A stretch of 64,000 bases of DNA, from NCBI RefSeq assembly GCF_009914755.1, contig NC_060925.1; one strand, written 5' to 3'. The notes under the pieces were generated by a model. The model was not told where the DNA came from. It did not search any database and worked only from the letters and a program-made list of their open reading frames with translations. The position numbers were made by a program, and so were the translations under genes. Below, in pieces: positions 23,753 through 38,850 of this stretch; the first letter of the stretch is position 1; every line of letters begins with the position of its first letter. This stretch comes from the human T2T-CHM13v2.0 reference genome, Homo sapiens.

Positions 23753-25999
23753 CTAAAAGAAAGAAGCCCAGATTCAAGAAGTAATTTGCCAAAAGGGAGG
23801 CGGTGACAAGACTGGGCTGGAATTGGGCCCTCAGGGTGAGTTACAACTGTGAATTCTTTTGTTCCTTTGTGTCCCAGAGCACTGGTATGCTCCAGTTATT
23901 CATCTGGGAAGGGTGAAGGTGGGTCCCTCTGCCCAGGTCTCCCAGCCCAAACATTCCAGGATTCACTCAACTCCCAGGCAACACCTCCTACAAGGGCCAC
24001 ACCAGCCCTGTGAGCCATGCTTAATACAGAGGTTTATTGAGGAATACTCTAACTCAACAAATTTATTTTAAAAATCTGTTAGGGGAAAATTATTCATGTT
24101 CCAAGATGGCTCTTGGCTTTGCTAAAAAAAAATAAAATTAAATTAAAAAAATTAAAAACAGACTGACGTACTATATGCCTTATATTTCTCTAAAGGCTCT
24201 TTTATTTCAAAATTCTGATTTATAGACAATTTCCCAGGAATGCTGCTATTGTGTAAATCAAGGTACACTTGTCCTGAGAGTGAGCTTCCCAGCCAGGGTG
24301 CCTTGTTTGGTTGTATAGTTTCAGAGCCAGATTGCGTTATTCATTAACTTCCTGTGTGAAAACCGAATAATAAAACTGAAGTGTGTTAAACAAATCCAGA
24401 TGAGGGGGTTTAAATCACCTCCAGGTCACTAGGCTGAAAACCGCTGTCATTTCTCCTGGAACAAATATTCTCTACCTTACTCTAGCACCACATTATTAAA
24501 TGGAGATAACAATATTTATGCCCTTCCCAAGGGGTAACAGGGATGGACAGCTCTCCTGGGTTGGGCCTGCTTGGATGAGGAAGTGACAAGCAGTGGGGAA
24601 ACAGGTAGGTGGCCCCCAGAGTCTACTTCCAGCCCTGTGATTCCAAAACATGCACAGAGATTAGGGGCAGAAAGGTGTCTCGGGATGAGAAAGTGTGGTC
24701 TGGAAGAGGCAGGAATGTTTCTGTGACTAGCTATGGGAGTCAAACCCATCACCCCTTTGTAACAACCACTTAGCTCTTATTTCTCCCCAGGGATTTATGT
24801 GTGAGCGAACAGCAGGCAGCTGTCTCCTCGGCAGCGGCTGCCACCGGGAACTACAAGGCAACGTGAAGCCTGTGCTAGAAAAACCCCTCCTGGGCCGGTC
24901 CTGCAAGCAGCCAAGATGCGGTTAAAGATTCCAATTCTGATGGGATCCCATGTCTCCTAGGTTACAGCTGAGGACTGTGTTTTCCTTTATTACAACAGAA
25001 AATGTGTGTTCCCCAGGGACTGTTCAAACATCTGTATGAGGTACACCGTGTGTGTGTGCGTGTGTATGCGTGTTTGCGCGCCTGTGCTCACACACAGGCT
25101 CAGGCGGCAGCTATCATGACCTGGCTATTCAAATAACCCTCTCCAGATAGTTAAAATTCATGGTGCCTTATTGCTGTTCCAGCAGCCAGTCTGCTACAGA
25201 TGTGTGGCGGTGCAGTTGCATTTGAAGCAAACAGTCTCAGAAGTCTAATTAAAATAGAGGAAGCGATCTCCTCCTCAAATTTCCTTTAGATTTAACTCCA
25301 TAAAAATCACTAGGTAATATCCAACTGGCAGAGTGAATCATCAGAGCTGGCAGCTGGGCCAAGCAGGCAGAGCAAACAGACTTCTGGCCCCTGCTGGGGG
25401 TGTCTTACAAAACACCCACACCAGAGACTCCAGCCTCCTTGCCCTGTGCCTTCATCTAATCTTTTGTGGTCACATTTATGAAGCTATGATTATATGTCCA
25501 TCTGGAGTTGGGAGGGGGTAAGGGTATTGTTGATTCACCTTAAAATCCACTGACCCAAAGTCACTGAAATGTGTGCTCAAGTGCTTTTCTCTGATTATTG
25601 ATAAAAAAAAAAAAAGAGAGAGAGAGAGAGCCAGTTGCCTGGATATTCACACAAGCAAAATGGCACTACAGATCTAGTTATCCCAAAGGGAGATCCTTCG
25701 TTTGCTGATATGAGCATTCTAGCATGTGTTTGGAACCATTTGTCACCCATGTCTAGCCCAAGAGTCAGATGTAAAATGCCCCAGGAACTGGTTTGGGATG
25801 AATTTAAACTCCCTCTAAAGAAGGGTTGCCAAGGCTCCCTGGCTTCAAATCTTACCTACCTCTTCTCCCATAATAAGTTTAAAGTAATTCAGCATGTAAA
25901 ATGTTCATGTTTCCAGTGTCCAAAATCTCAGGGCTGACAATGAATTTACCTGAATAGTCATTAGGTGCACACATTCACACATCACTGCTGAGGGCAGGA

Positions 26000-26200
26000 A
26001 CTGCCGTGTAGCACAAGAGGCTCTGGATACGGAGTCAGAGAGCTGAGTCTGGTTGGAGGATTGGCTGCTCCAAGATAGCTAATTTTCCCCAGGGCTTCAT
26101 TATTCATCTGGGAAATGATGGCACCCACCCTGCCTGCCTTAGACAGCTGTTGTGGGGTTAGATCTGATAGGAGTACTGTGCAAACTCTAAAGCCTCTGGT
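26000..26200 (+). mobile_element. MIR SINE
   Basis: ggctctggatacggagtcagagagctgagt...tcatctgggaaatgatggcacccaccctgcctgcctt. Confidence 0.6.
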
Positions 26201-26534
26201 GTGCATTTAAGCTCTCAGCAGTCATACTGAGGATCAGCCAGCTTCTATGACATAGCTCGGTCTAGGCAGTTTTCAATCCTGGCTGGTGAACTTCTGAAAC
26301 AATAGTGAAGCACAGGCCCATCCTTAGGGAGTCTGATTTCATTGTGCAGTTGGGCTAGTAGAAAGGAAACTGAGGTAGGTGACAGATTTGGGCCTCCCTT
26401 TCAGTAAACATACACTGCACATTTGGACCTGAGACATGAAGCCCTCAGTTTATGTATCAGTTAAATGGACATCACATAGTCTACATCTGGCTCCCCTATT
26501 CATTTCATTGATGTTTACTGACTATCAACTACAC

Positions 26535-26981
26535 TTATTTCTTATGGTCACTGTAACAAATTACCTGACAATTGGTGGCTTAAAACAACAGAAATTTATT
26601 CTCTCGCGGTTCTAGAGACCAGAAGTTCAAAATCCGTTTCACTAGGCTGAAACAAAGATATCAGCAGAGCTACGCTCCCTCTAGAGGCTTAAGGGAAGAT
26701 TCCATTCCTTGCTGCTTCTGGCTTCTGGTGGCTGCCAATGCCAACATTCCTTGGCTTATGGCCACATCACACCCATCTCTGCCTGTCTTCACATTGCCTT
26801 CGTGTGTGTGTGTGTGTGTGTGTGTTTGTAAAATGTCTCTATTTATAAAAACCCTTGCGATAGCATTTCAGGCCCACCCAGACAAACCAGGATTACGCCC
26901 TCATCTCAAGATCCTTAATTTAATCACATCTACAAAGATCTTTTGGACCTGATGTCTTTGGGGAACGTTTTCAGTCTACTA
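26535..26981 (-). mobile_element. MLT1B/C-type MaLR solo LTR containing (TG)n at 26802-26825
   Basis: ctgtaacaaattacc...ggtggcttaaaacaacagaaatttattctctcgcggttctagagaccagaagttcaaaatc; ccttaatttaatcacatctacaaag. Confidence 0.85.
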
Positions 26982-27106
26982 TGCCTTTTATGGATCAGAC
27001 ATTGTGCTAAATGCTGAGAACATAGCAGATAAAAAGACCCTATTGTACTCCCAAGGAATGAAAGATTATTAAGGATCACAGACTCTCAGATTTGGACAAG
27101 ACATTA

Positions 27107-27292
27107 GAAATGCGGTTCTCAAAGTGTAGTCTCCGGACCACCAACATCACCGGAGAATTTTTTGGAAAGGTAAATTCTTGCCCCCCACCCACCTTCTGAG
27201 TCAGAAGCTCAGTGGTGGAACCCAGCAGTCTGTGTTTTAACAAGCTTTCCAGGTGATTCTGATGCACATAATGTTTGAGAGCCACCAGTCTA
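27107..27292. mobile_element. MER5A (hAT-Charlie)
   Basis: ggttctcaaagtgtagtc...cccagcagtctgtgttttaacaagctttccaggtgattctgatgcac...tttgagagccacc. Confidence 0.85.
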
Positions 27293-27919
27293 GTGGGAAT
27301 GAACTTTTTTATTTTAGTGTTCTTTCCCCAGCATCTCTGCTAAATTATATCCAGCTTTGGCTTAAATACTAACAATTTATATACCTGCCCACTGCATTGC
27401 TTACTGTTAAAATGGTTAAAAATGGCTCAGAATTACTAACATAAGATCTAAGATTATTACCATTAACCCTACAAACACCAGACATCACCAATATTCTCCA
27501 CCTTAGCAACAGTTTCAATTTGCACAGCCCCACGCTTGAGTAATTAAGCAGCTAATGATTAAATGCCAACTTCTGGTCTAGAGCACTGTCCTGGGCACAG
27601 AAAGGAATACAAAAGGATATAACACACAGATTCTGGCTTTAAGGATGTGATGATGAAAATGGAGAAACCCACCAAAGGCATGTGAAGTGCTGATGGAAAG
27701 TAGCAGCAGATACCTGTACCTGGCTTAGAGATGAAGAGGAGAGTTCATTCTGGGCTTGCCTGTTTCCATCTGTTATGTTCCAGCTGACTGAATTTGGGCC
27801 CATCATTTTACCTCTCTGTGGTTCAGTTTCTTCATCCAGAAAGTGAGGCAAATAAACTGGAGCATGTCTAATCATCTATGACTCTGAGTACAGCCAGAAG
27901 TGCTACCAGAATTCAAAAT

Positions 27920-28125
27920 AATGATAATGCCTAATACGGAATGAGTTGGGGCAAGTACTGGTTTAAAACTTTGTGATTCATTTATTCTTCATTTCAACCC
28001 TGAGAGGTTCTGGCATCATTTCCATTTTATAGATGGGAAACTGAGGCACAGAAAAATTTTAAATTACTTTCTTAAGATCATACAGCTAACAAGTAGCAAA
28101 GCTGGGATTTAAACCTGTACTCTTA
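27920..28125 (-). mobile_element. MIR SINE
   Basis: ccattttatagatgggaaactgaggcacaga...atcatacagctaacaagtagcaaagctgggatttaaacc. Confidence 0.8.
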
Positions 28126-28141
28126 ACAATATGCTATATGC

Positions 28142-28571
<430 letters not shown>

Positions 28572-29196
28572 TCATGTTCCAATAGGATGCTAGATTTTTT
28601 CTTTTTTTAACAAGTGGATCAAAATAAGTGTGGCTACTGGGAACATGTCTTTCGCAGTAGCTCAAGACTCATAGTTACCTATTCAGAAAACATTTGTTTT
28701 TAGTTTTAAAGATCTGAGAACCACACAGGTAAAAGCTGGAAGCAAAGCTCCGGAAAGTGAGTCAGAAGTAGAAGGAGTTGTTATGTATCAAAAGGCAGTG
28801 AGGGAAAGAAAAGATATGAGAGATATACGAAGTGGCTATAAGGCTCATATGGAGAAGAGCAGGTGGCTTCCAACCGGGAGGGTCACCTGTGCGGCAGGAT
28901 TATTGAGACTGTGGCATCAATCTGTGCACCTATCAGCTAACAGGCCTGACTGGTTTGTACATTAAAATGCCTGAGGATGAAAATTATTTCACTTTATTTC
29001 CTCCAAATAGGCAGCATTCATTTGCTCATTCTCTGAAATTTTATGCTATATGTTGGAACTCAGAGAAGAACAGGACCCAGGGAATTGGAGCAGATAAACA
29101 AATAACAACCCAGGGCTATAGATTTTCCACTCTAGTCTGTTGTCTTGGGCTTTACCCACGTGTCACATTCATTGTCTTCATAAAAAACTTACTGGG

Positions 29197-29514
<318 letters not shown>

Positions 29515-29946
29515 TTACTGGATTACAGCTGTATGCAAGACACTAGACCAGATGTCCTCAGGGAAGCAAGGGCTTAAGAAGACCCAGTTCACTGAGTGTT
29601 CCTTCAATTTGAGTTTTATTTTTCATGGGCCATATAGACAGTGCACAATCAACTAACATTGGATAAATGTGTAAATGTTTAAAATAGCACTTTCACAAAT
29701 AATATTTGGTCCTCAAAATAACCATCTGAACCAGGTAGTAGTAACACCCCTGTGAGCAAGTCACATTACTACTCTTACCTCAGTTTTCTCATCTGTAGAA
29801 TAAGAGAATTGGGCTACAAGATTATTAAGACCTTTTCCAGCTCTGTAAGGCTGTGATTCTCGGCATTCGAACTAAAACTCAGAGAGCAAAAGAGACCTGA
29901 GAACATTACACCTAATAAGGATAGTTCATAGTTGTTAAGCATGTTG

Positions 29947-30300
29947 TGTGTTATAGTCCATTCAGGCTGCTATAGCAAAATGTCGTAGACCAGACAGCTT
30001 AGAAACAACAGATGTTTATTTCTCACAATTCTGGAGGCTGGAAAGTCCAAGATCAAGGCAGATTCAGCGTCTGGTCAGGGCCCATTTTCTGGACAGTGCT
30101 TTCTTGCTGTGTCTTCATAGAGTGGAAGGGATGACCAGCCTCCCTCAGGCCCCTTTTATAAGGGCTCTAATCCCATTCAAGAGGGCTCAGGCCTCCTGAT
30201 CTAATCGCCTCCCAAAGCCTCCACCTCCTAATACCATCATGTTGGAGGTTAGGATTTCAACATGTGAATTTGGGAGGACATTAACATTCAGGCCATAGCA
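29947..30300 (-). mobile_element. MLT1A-type MaLR solo LTR
   Basis: tagtccattcaggctgctatagcaaaat...tttatttctcacaattctggaggctggaaagtccaagatcaagg...gttaggatttcaacatgtgaatttggg...cattcaggccatagca. Confidence 0.9.
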
Positions 30301-30304
30301 TTCC

Positions 30305-30530
30305 ATATGCTGGATACTAAGGAAAGTACCATATAAGAGTTTTCTCACTGATCTTCATTAGAGCCCTATGAAAGAGATGGGCACTATCATTAGGTCCATG
30401 TTCTACAAATGAGGGAACTGAAACACAGAGAGCTTACACACCTTGTGCAAGGTAACACAGCTGATCAGTAGGGACTAAGGTGGAACCAAAACCAAGTCTG
30501 ACGCTAGCAACTGCATTTCTAACCACCACA
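30305..30530 (-). mobile_element. MIR SINE
   Basis: tacaaatgagggaactgaaacacagagag...caaggtaacacagctg. Confidence 0.75.
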
Positions 30531-30714
30531 CCGTCTGGTCAGCCCTGCACGGGAAGTGACCATGCTGACTTAGGACACAAGCCTAGATACTGCAGTTACG
30601 AGCCCAGGCTCTTTCAGCTGAACCACTCACACACAGTATTTTCAAGTGGCTGTGACTCCAGTGGTTGCACTAACTCAACCATACTTGATGGTAAATTATA
30701 AGCAAAGTGCCGGA

Positions 30715-31776
<1,062 letters not shown>

Positions 31777-31790
<14 letters not shown>

Positions 31791-31843
31791 TTTATATTTT
31801 TATAATATATAAAATATATATATAATATATATTATTAATATAT
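31777..31843. repeat. AT-rich/(TA)n low-complexity tract
   Basis: Directly visible. Confidence 0.8.
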
Positions 31844-33609
31844 TGGAGACATAACATAATGACATCACCTTGACAAACTTGAAGATTCATTTTTTCCCAA
31901 CTCCCAGATATAAGATCCCAGCCTTCCCAAGGAAAAGGCATCTGTGTCAAAGCCACCTAACTGAAATCAAAGTACATGATCAGTGGATGCTGATACATTC
32001 CACATACTTGTGTGTAAAAGTGGAGATACTTTTCTCCCCTTTTAGGAGATAGGGTGAAACAATAGGTATTAAACCCATAAGCAGAAAGGTGAGATTGTCC
32101 CTGCTGTTTAAGGAGAGGATTCCCCCAACTGGCAGGTCTCAGTCACATGCCCAGGAGAAAACTACCTCCCAGAGGCAGACAGGAAAAGAACCGGGATAAA
32201 CATAAAGTTCATGTTGCTGTTAGAAGCAAATCGAACATATGGGCCTGGAATCTGCACACCAGGTCTGGGGTGCCATCCTGGACTACAGGAGGGGATATTG
32301 CATATTTATTCTTCTCTTGCTCTAAATATTTCTTTGGCCAGAAAAGGTTTGTTGGAAACAGTTGTAACCTTTAGAGAACTTATTAAAGATCTGGTTTAGC
32401 AATCCCACTCAAAATATATACATATATAGAAACTGATGCACCAATCAAACTAGTTATATTTCCCAACATATCTCCCCTCCTTCGTCTATCACACTCTGTC
32501 CATCCTTACATACTTTTCAAAAGACATGGTGAAATGGTGAGCACCAAACATGCATGTTTCTCAAAGTGCAAGTCTCAGATACAGCAAAATCTTCCTGCAA
32601 AAGAAGGGCCCTGGCTTGAGTTTCAACAACGAAGAGAAATTAATCCATTGAGGAAAAGCGAGAAGGGTGTTACAACCAGGGGAAGCACACATGCAAGGCA
32701 CAGAGACACATACTACAGTGTGAAGAGTGAGGCAGGGAATGGCACAGGAGCAGGCCCCACAGGGCACACTACAGTGAACCTTCTCAAGGGAGAGGCACCA
32801 TCATACCCTGCAAAGTGTTCTGTGTGCCCAATTGCATGTGGCTCAGTGGAGAAGGGCCTGCTCTTAGAAAGTCAGTTCAGGTATCACGTTGACTGTGTCA
32901 CCTTCTTCAATGTCGCCATTCAGAATTAACTGCTCCTTCCCCTTGCTCCCTCAGACACTCTCTTCATACCTCTAGTGTGGTATAAACGGCAGATGTCTGG
33001 GCCCCACCCAAGGTTCCTATATCAGACCTCATATAATGGGATCTGGGCCTCTGCCCCTTTTCCCTCTCACATCTGCTGTTTCTTGTGTGAATGAACAGAT
33101 ATCTCAGGGTGAACAAGGCTTCCTGAACTGGCTAATGTTGCAAGCAATGTATTTTTATATTTTTGTTTTAAAGAATGCACATTTCCTTTCCATTATTGTG
33201 TATATTACAAGAAAGGCGTGGGGTTTAATTTTGCTTGATTTAGCAAGAAGGTGGACCCACATTTAGCAAAAGTGTTAGCCAAAAGGCTTCTGCATTTGTA
33301 ACAAGTTCCTTGGATGAGTTAGATGTACAGGAAGGTCCGCAAACTCCTAACAGGTGTCCTGGTCTGAGTGCAATCACAGTTCATTTTCTGTGTGTCTGTC
33401 TCCCCCAGCAGACCGTGAAGGAAGTGGATGTCTTAGACATCTGTAGAGCTCAGTTTCCAGCACAGTGCTTGGAACACACTAGGTCCTAAATGAATGAGCA
33501 CGTGAAACTCCCTGTCTCTACCTCTGTTCACTCAAACCCTTCCCACTTCTGCCCTTGTGTTCACCCAGGTGCTGGAAATCTCTTTCCTTCAGAAATTAAA
33601 ATAAAGGCT

Positions 33610-33745
33610 GTCTACCCTAGCAGCACATTAGAATAACCAGGTGAGTTTTTAAAAAGTCAGATGCTCAGGCCACATCCCTAGAAATTCTGGTGTAATTGGT
33701 CTAGGCAGGGGCTAGGCATTAGTATTTTCTAAAGCTTCCCAAGGA
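33610..33745. mobile_element. MER5-family fragment
   Basis: gcacattagaataaccaggtgagtttttaaaaagtcagatgctcaggccacatccctagaaattctggtgtaattggtct. Confidence 0.7.
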
Positions 33746-34149
33746 AGGAATATTGTATCCTTTATCTCAGCTGGAAAACATGGGGCTGAAAACAGCCCTG
33801 GAAGTCTGGATTCTTAGTGGAAGTTGAAACAGTCTAAAACAAAGTCTCTGGCTGTCCTCAGTTTGCACTTAAGAAGCAGAACACTCAACACTGAAAAGCA
33901 GGATGGCAAGCAAAGGTCTTATATGGCCTCCACACTCCGGATGGAGACAGTGGGGATCAGGATGGGCTAGTGGCTAGAGTCTAGTAGAAATAGAAAGGGG
34001 TTCCCAAGAGACTCCAGGCCCCAACATTGAGCTTTTATTGTGACTTCCAGGGCTGTGTCCCAAATGACCCTTTCTGAGACCCTCCACAACCAGCCTCCAG
34101 GGAAGCCTGTGAACCAGGGAGAAGAAGGCTCACTCTACTGAGCCACTGC

Positions 34150-34340
34150 CAAGCTTTGGAGTCAGCGTAACTGAGCCCCATCATCGGCATCAATGTTTTA
34201 TAGCTGTGGGAACTCAGGCAAGTCATTCAGCCTCTCAGATTCCTCATCTATAAAATAAAAATAACAAAACCCAGTCCACTGCATCAAGCCGTGAGGCTTC
34301 AATGTGACAATGTATGTCAAATGTCTGTCACATTAAAAGT
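34150..34340 (+). mobile_element. MIR SINE
   Basis: gctttggagtcag...tagctgtgggaactcaggcaagtcattcagcctctcagattcctcatctataaaat. Confidence 0.75.
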
Positions 34341-35269
34341 TAATTCTTGTTTCCTAAGCCAGGAAAGCAGACATGTGGCATAAAGACAATGCAAGATGTT
34401 CTTTGAAGAAGTAACCTTACAGGACTTGAAAGAAATAAACTTGAGATAAGAGTTGAAACCTAAAATGTGCCAGAGGGGCATCTCCTTGGGTGCAAGTACC
34501 CAAGCTCAGGGCTGATTCTCTTTCTGCTCATTAGAGCCCGCCAGCGCCTCAGTGCAGGTGTGCTTTCCTCTGGCCAGACTGGTTTTTATGCAGCTATTTG
34601 CGGAGATGAGAGCTGATTTACTGCCGGTGAGGGCCTCCATCACTTGAAGGCTGAAATGACTCTGGGGGCTCAAGAGCAACTTTTCAGCTGAAAGGCTTGC
34701 AGGCCCGTCAGGGAGAAAGTACAGCCTGGGGCTGAGGCAGCCATCAGGGACAAAGGGAGGAATTCAGCACAATTGGCCACATAGTTCTAAATGGCAAGCA
34801 GGACATGCTGCTATGGACACACACAGTCAGGAGGTCCAGGTGCAAGAACACACAATTAACCGGGGGCTGAAAGGGCTGGGAATGATATTTTACCTGCCAT
34901 TCTGGATTTTGGCGGCTAACCCCTGTCCAGGGCCAAGGCAGCTGGCCCATGTGAAATGCTGCCACATCATCTGAGATCATCTCTTGTCAGTGTTCCAAAA
35001 GAAACCGAGGTGGCATTTTCTGTTATGAACCCACATAAGGTGTAACTTCCCCATAAAAGGAGCCTCCAAGGCCTACAGAAAGGACTGTAGCTTTTAGAAA
35101 CAATCAAAATGACCAAGAATTATAAATTTAGCAAATTACCCTACAGAACACTGGACAGCCACTAACAATAGTGAGTGAAAGACTGCAGAATTACAGAAGG
35201 TGCTTATTTTATAAGGCAGCATATTAAAACAATACAAACAGTATGATTTCAGCTATATGAAGTGTCTGC

Positions 35270-35450
35270 ATGTGAGAAGAGATCAAATACTGAGCATGTG
35301 TTATATACTAAGCTGTCTTCAATAATAATTTTATTTAACCCTACAACAACTCCAAGAGATATTTTTATTTTTCCCATTTTGTAGATGATAAAAATGAAAC
35401 TCAGAGAGGCTAAATAACTTGTCCAAGGGTAGTATGTTTCAGACCCATGA
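35270..35450 (-). mobile_element. MIR SINE
   Basis: cccattttgtagatgataaaaatgaaactcagagaggctaaataacttgtccaagg. Confidence 0.75.
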
Positions 35451-37059
35451 CTTTAACAAAACCCAGCATCCTTCTGGTATATCTCAGCCCCAGATGCCTG
35501 ATTCTTCCTCTTCTCTTCAGTATCTGCTCTCTGACAAGAATGCTGTAATGGACATTTACACGTCAGTATAAATTTAAGCCATTACTTCTCTCTGGATGTT
35601 TGAGAGTAAAATGAAAAGGAAAGCTCCCTTTTTAATGGATCTGAGGCTTCAATAAGCAGCTAAAGGAGTCCAGCGCCCCTCCATTCTTGTAGCCAGTCCT
35701 AGCTGGATGGCTGTTTGGGGATCAGGAAGGCAGGGAACCTAAGTTCTCTATTTCCTGCCTAGACACTGGCCATGGGGCCATGCTCTCTATCCTGGAAAGC
35801 CCTTAATACCATAGGACGGAAGGTATTTTCTGCCTGAAAGATATCATTATTGAACAAAAGGGGAGGGAAAACAGAAAAAGGGCATCAAAGCCTAAACAAA
35901 TAACATCAGCATGAAATCTTTAATGAATGGCTCATCCAATGCGATCTACTGAAATCCAGAAGGTTTAGTAAAAGATGCCTTAAACCCAGTTTATACTGCA
36001 AATCGACCATGAAGAAAAGTCAACACCAAGTTAATCCCATTTAATAATTCAGTTTCGGGATGTTAAAACATATTTCTCTCTTGGAGTTCCTGCACGTATG
36101 TCTGACAACAAGGAAACCAAGAAACACACTAAAAAAAAAAAAAAAAAAGTAGTAGTATTATTTTAGTAACTATACTGTACTATTAGCAACCTGCAAGAGG
36201 TGGCAGTTAGTTCTTCCTGACCCCTTACTTTATCTCCCAAATACCTTCTTTTCTCCCTGACCTCCCCCAAGACAGGGAAATTTTAAGCCTGGCTTTGGAG
36301 CCTAGACTTGACCCAGTACGACTATAGGGTCACTGTTTCTGACACCTAGGCCTGGCTGCTCAAGAATCTTGGGTGAGATAAGAGCCATTGGATCAGGAGA
36401 CTCTTTCTCAGACCCTTTTGGGAAGAGTCAGTCTCATGGTGCTTCTGATCTCACTGGACACCTTGCTGAGCATGCCCCCCAACGAGTGGTCCCAGGTCAA
36501 CTCCTTCACCTGTCCAATTCTCAGAACCCCTACAACTCTCAGCTGAAATCCGGAGCATTCACCAAATCATTTTGAGCTTGGAGCTGACCAGAGCCTGCTA
36601 TCAATTAAAATATGCTCACAACTTTAGGCCCGATGTGTGACCTGTTTACTTAACTACCCACTTAACCTTCTGGAAAGGGCTTTCTCATCTCTAATGTTCA
36701 CTTGGATTGGGGCAGCTTCCAAGACTTTCCTCAACAGAGTTGCTCAGACTCACAAGAAAATGCCTAACCCATCCTTCTTCCCATTAAAACCTTGAGCTGA
36801 CCCAAGTTAAGGGCTTTTCTTTCTCCCAAGCCTCCCTTGCTTTTACTACAGAGAAAACTCTAGAGTGAAAGTGGTTCTCATCAGCTGTTCTCAGAAGAGC
36901 AGCACTTTATGCATACATTAAGCAGGAAGGACCAATGGTCAAGTCCATAACTGACCACAAAACAGCCTCAGCTCCTCCCTGAGGCTCCCTGCTTCTCTGG
37001 TCCCCATGACAGCTCCCTGGATGCTTTGGTAGTGCTTGCAACTGCACAGAAGAGAAATT

Positions 37060-37140
37060 AAAAGCAAATTTGCATCACCTTTGCTCAGTGCCAGAGCGCT
37101 CAGTTTTAATTTGCATTTTATTTGCAGAGCACTTGCATAT
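37060..37140. promoter_or_regulatory. Candidate POU/octamer motif cluster
   Basis: ATTTGCAT at 37068-37075 and 37109-37116; 1-mismatch variants at 37120-37127 and 37131-37138. Confidence 0.35.
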
Positions 37141-38515
37141 AATATTGTAGAAATGCCGAGAACTCTCCCTTCCCCCTTCTCACCCTGCCTGCTTCTCCTC
37201 ATTCATGATTCCCAGGATGTCTGTGAACCCAGGTATATTACAGAGGGACTTAGCCCACTGGGGAGCTAAAGTAGAGAAACCCTAGGTGGCATCTAAGGGC
37301 TAGAGGATCTGAGGGCCAGGAGTTTGACAGCAGTAGGCTCAATCTGTAATGAAATGGAGCCCAGATATCTGCTTTCCTTATTTATGAAATCATAGGAAAA
37401 TTCTCCTCACTGCCCACTGTGCAAATATGCATGATGCTGACTCAAAACCACCAACTCTCAGGACCGGCTTAACACAATTCCAAACCTGGTGAGAACCCGT
37501 GGGGCAGCTACACTGTACCATCTGTGGAAACCCTTGATGGGCCATTTTAATATCCCTTCCCCTTTAACACGTGGACTTTCCACTGCTCTGGTTCCATTGG
37601 GTGTTACACCCACCTGCCTCTCGTCCCACCTGGCAACTGTATGGTTGAATACCTGATTGCAGAGCCCCCCATCGCTGCACAACGTTTGGCTTACACCAAA
37701 ACTAGCCTGAGTCCAAGATTACACTCCCGACAACACACACACACACACTTCTCTGCCAGTACAATTCTATAACACATTATGATTTCTGTAAAACCTAAAG
37801 TTTATTTACATCACACACACAGAGGACAAGGAGCTGGGAAATGCACTGCATCATACCAAGCTAACATTCCTGCTTACTCAATGCCCATTCCAAGAAGTGC
37901 CCTTCTCCCTGTTTACCCAGACAGGCAGCTTCCAATCTGAGGAAATTTGGTGTTAAAAAACAAACAAACATAAAAGGTGAGAATGCGCTGCTAAATATGC
38001 TCCTCCAGTGTCAAAAATGACAGCCAGGTTCCAAGATGTACTTTTAAAAGAAAACAAAATCAAGCAATGAGGATAGTGAACACAGAAACAAAACAAAACA
38101 AGAACAAGAATAAGAAGAATGAAAGAACAAACTGGTTCTTTTCTTTTTCTTTTGTTCTAAACTGTTGCCAAGTTATTTATCCCTGGAAAGCCACTTACTT
38201 TTTCAAGGTGAAGTATTTCCTTGTGAGATGACTTATTTCACTTGGTTCCACTTAAGTTTATAGCTATTGGTTGGGGGTGGGGGGAATATCAACTCATAGA
38301 ATGCTGGAGTACAAAGGGATCTTCAAAACATCATTCGTCTTCTTGTTTTACAGAGGAAGAAACTGTAAGGCCTGAATTTTGCTCAACCACAATTAAGTGA
38401 CTTCCCCAAGTTCACACAGACAGACACTCAAAACAGCAGAGACAATAAGAAACCAAGTCTCCCAAACCCCCTTTTCTGCTTTCCCTCCCTCTGTACTAGT
38501 GAAAGAAGAGAATGA

Positions 38516-38850
38516 GGCTGGGTGTGGTGGCTCACACCTGTAATCTCAGAACATTGGGAGGCCGGTGGGGGGCGGGGTGGATCACCTGAGGTCAGGAGTT
38601 CAAGACCAGCCTCGCCAACATGGAGAAACCCCATCTCTACTAAAAATACAAAAATTAGCCGGGTGTTGTGGTGCATGCGTGTAATCCCAGCTACTCAGGT
38701 GGCTGAGGCAGGAGAGTTGCTTGAACCCAGGAGATGGAGGTTGCAGTAAGCCAAGATCACACCACTGTACTCCAGCCTGGGCAACAGAGTGAGACTCCAT
38801 CAAAAAAAATAAAATAAAATAAAGGAAAAAAAAGAAAGAAAAGAAAAGAA
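38516..38850 (+). mobile_element. AluS (Sx/Sq-like) with G-rich expansion in the left arm
   Basis: gatcacctgaggtcaggagttcaagaccagcc; patterned A-tail; imperfect TSD gaaag(a/c)agagaatg. Confidence 0.9.
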
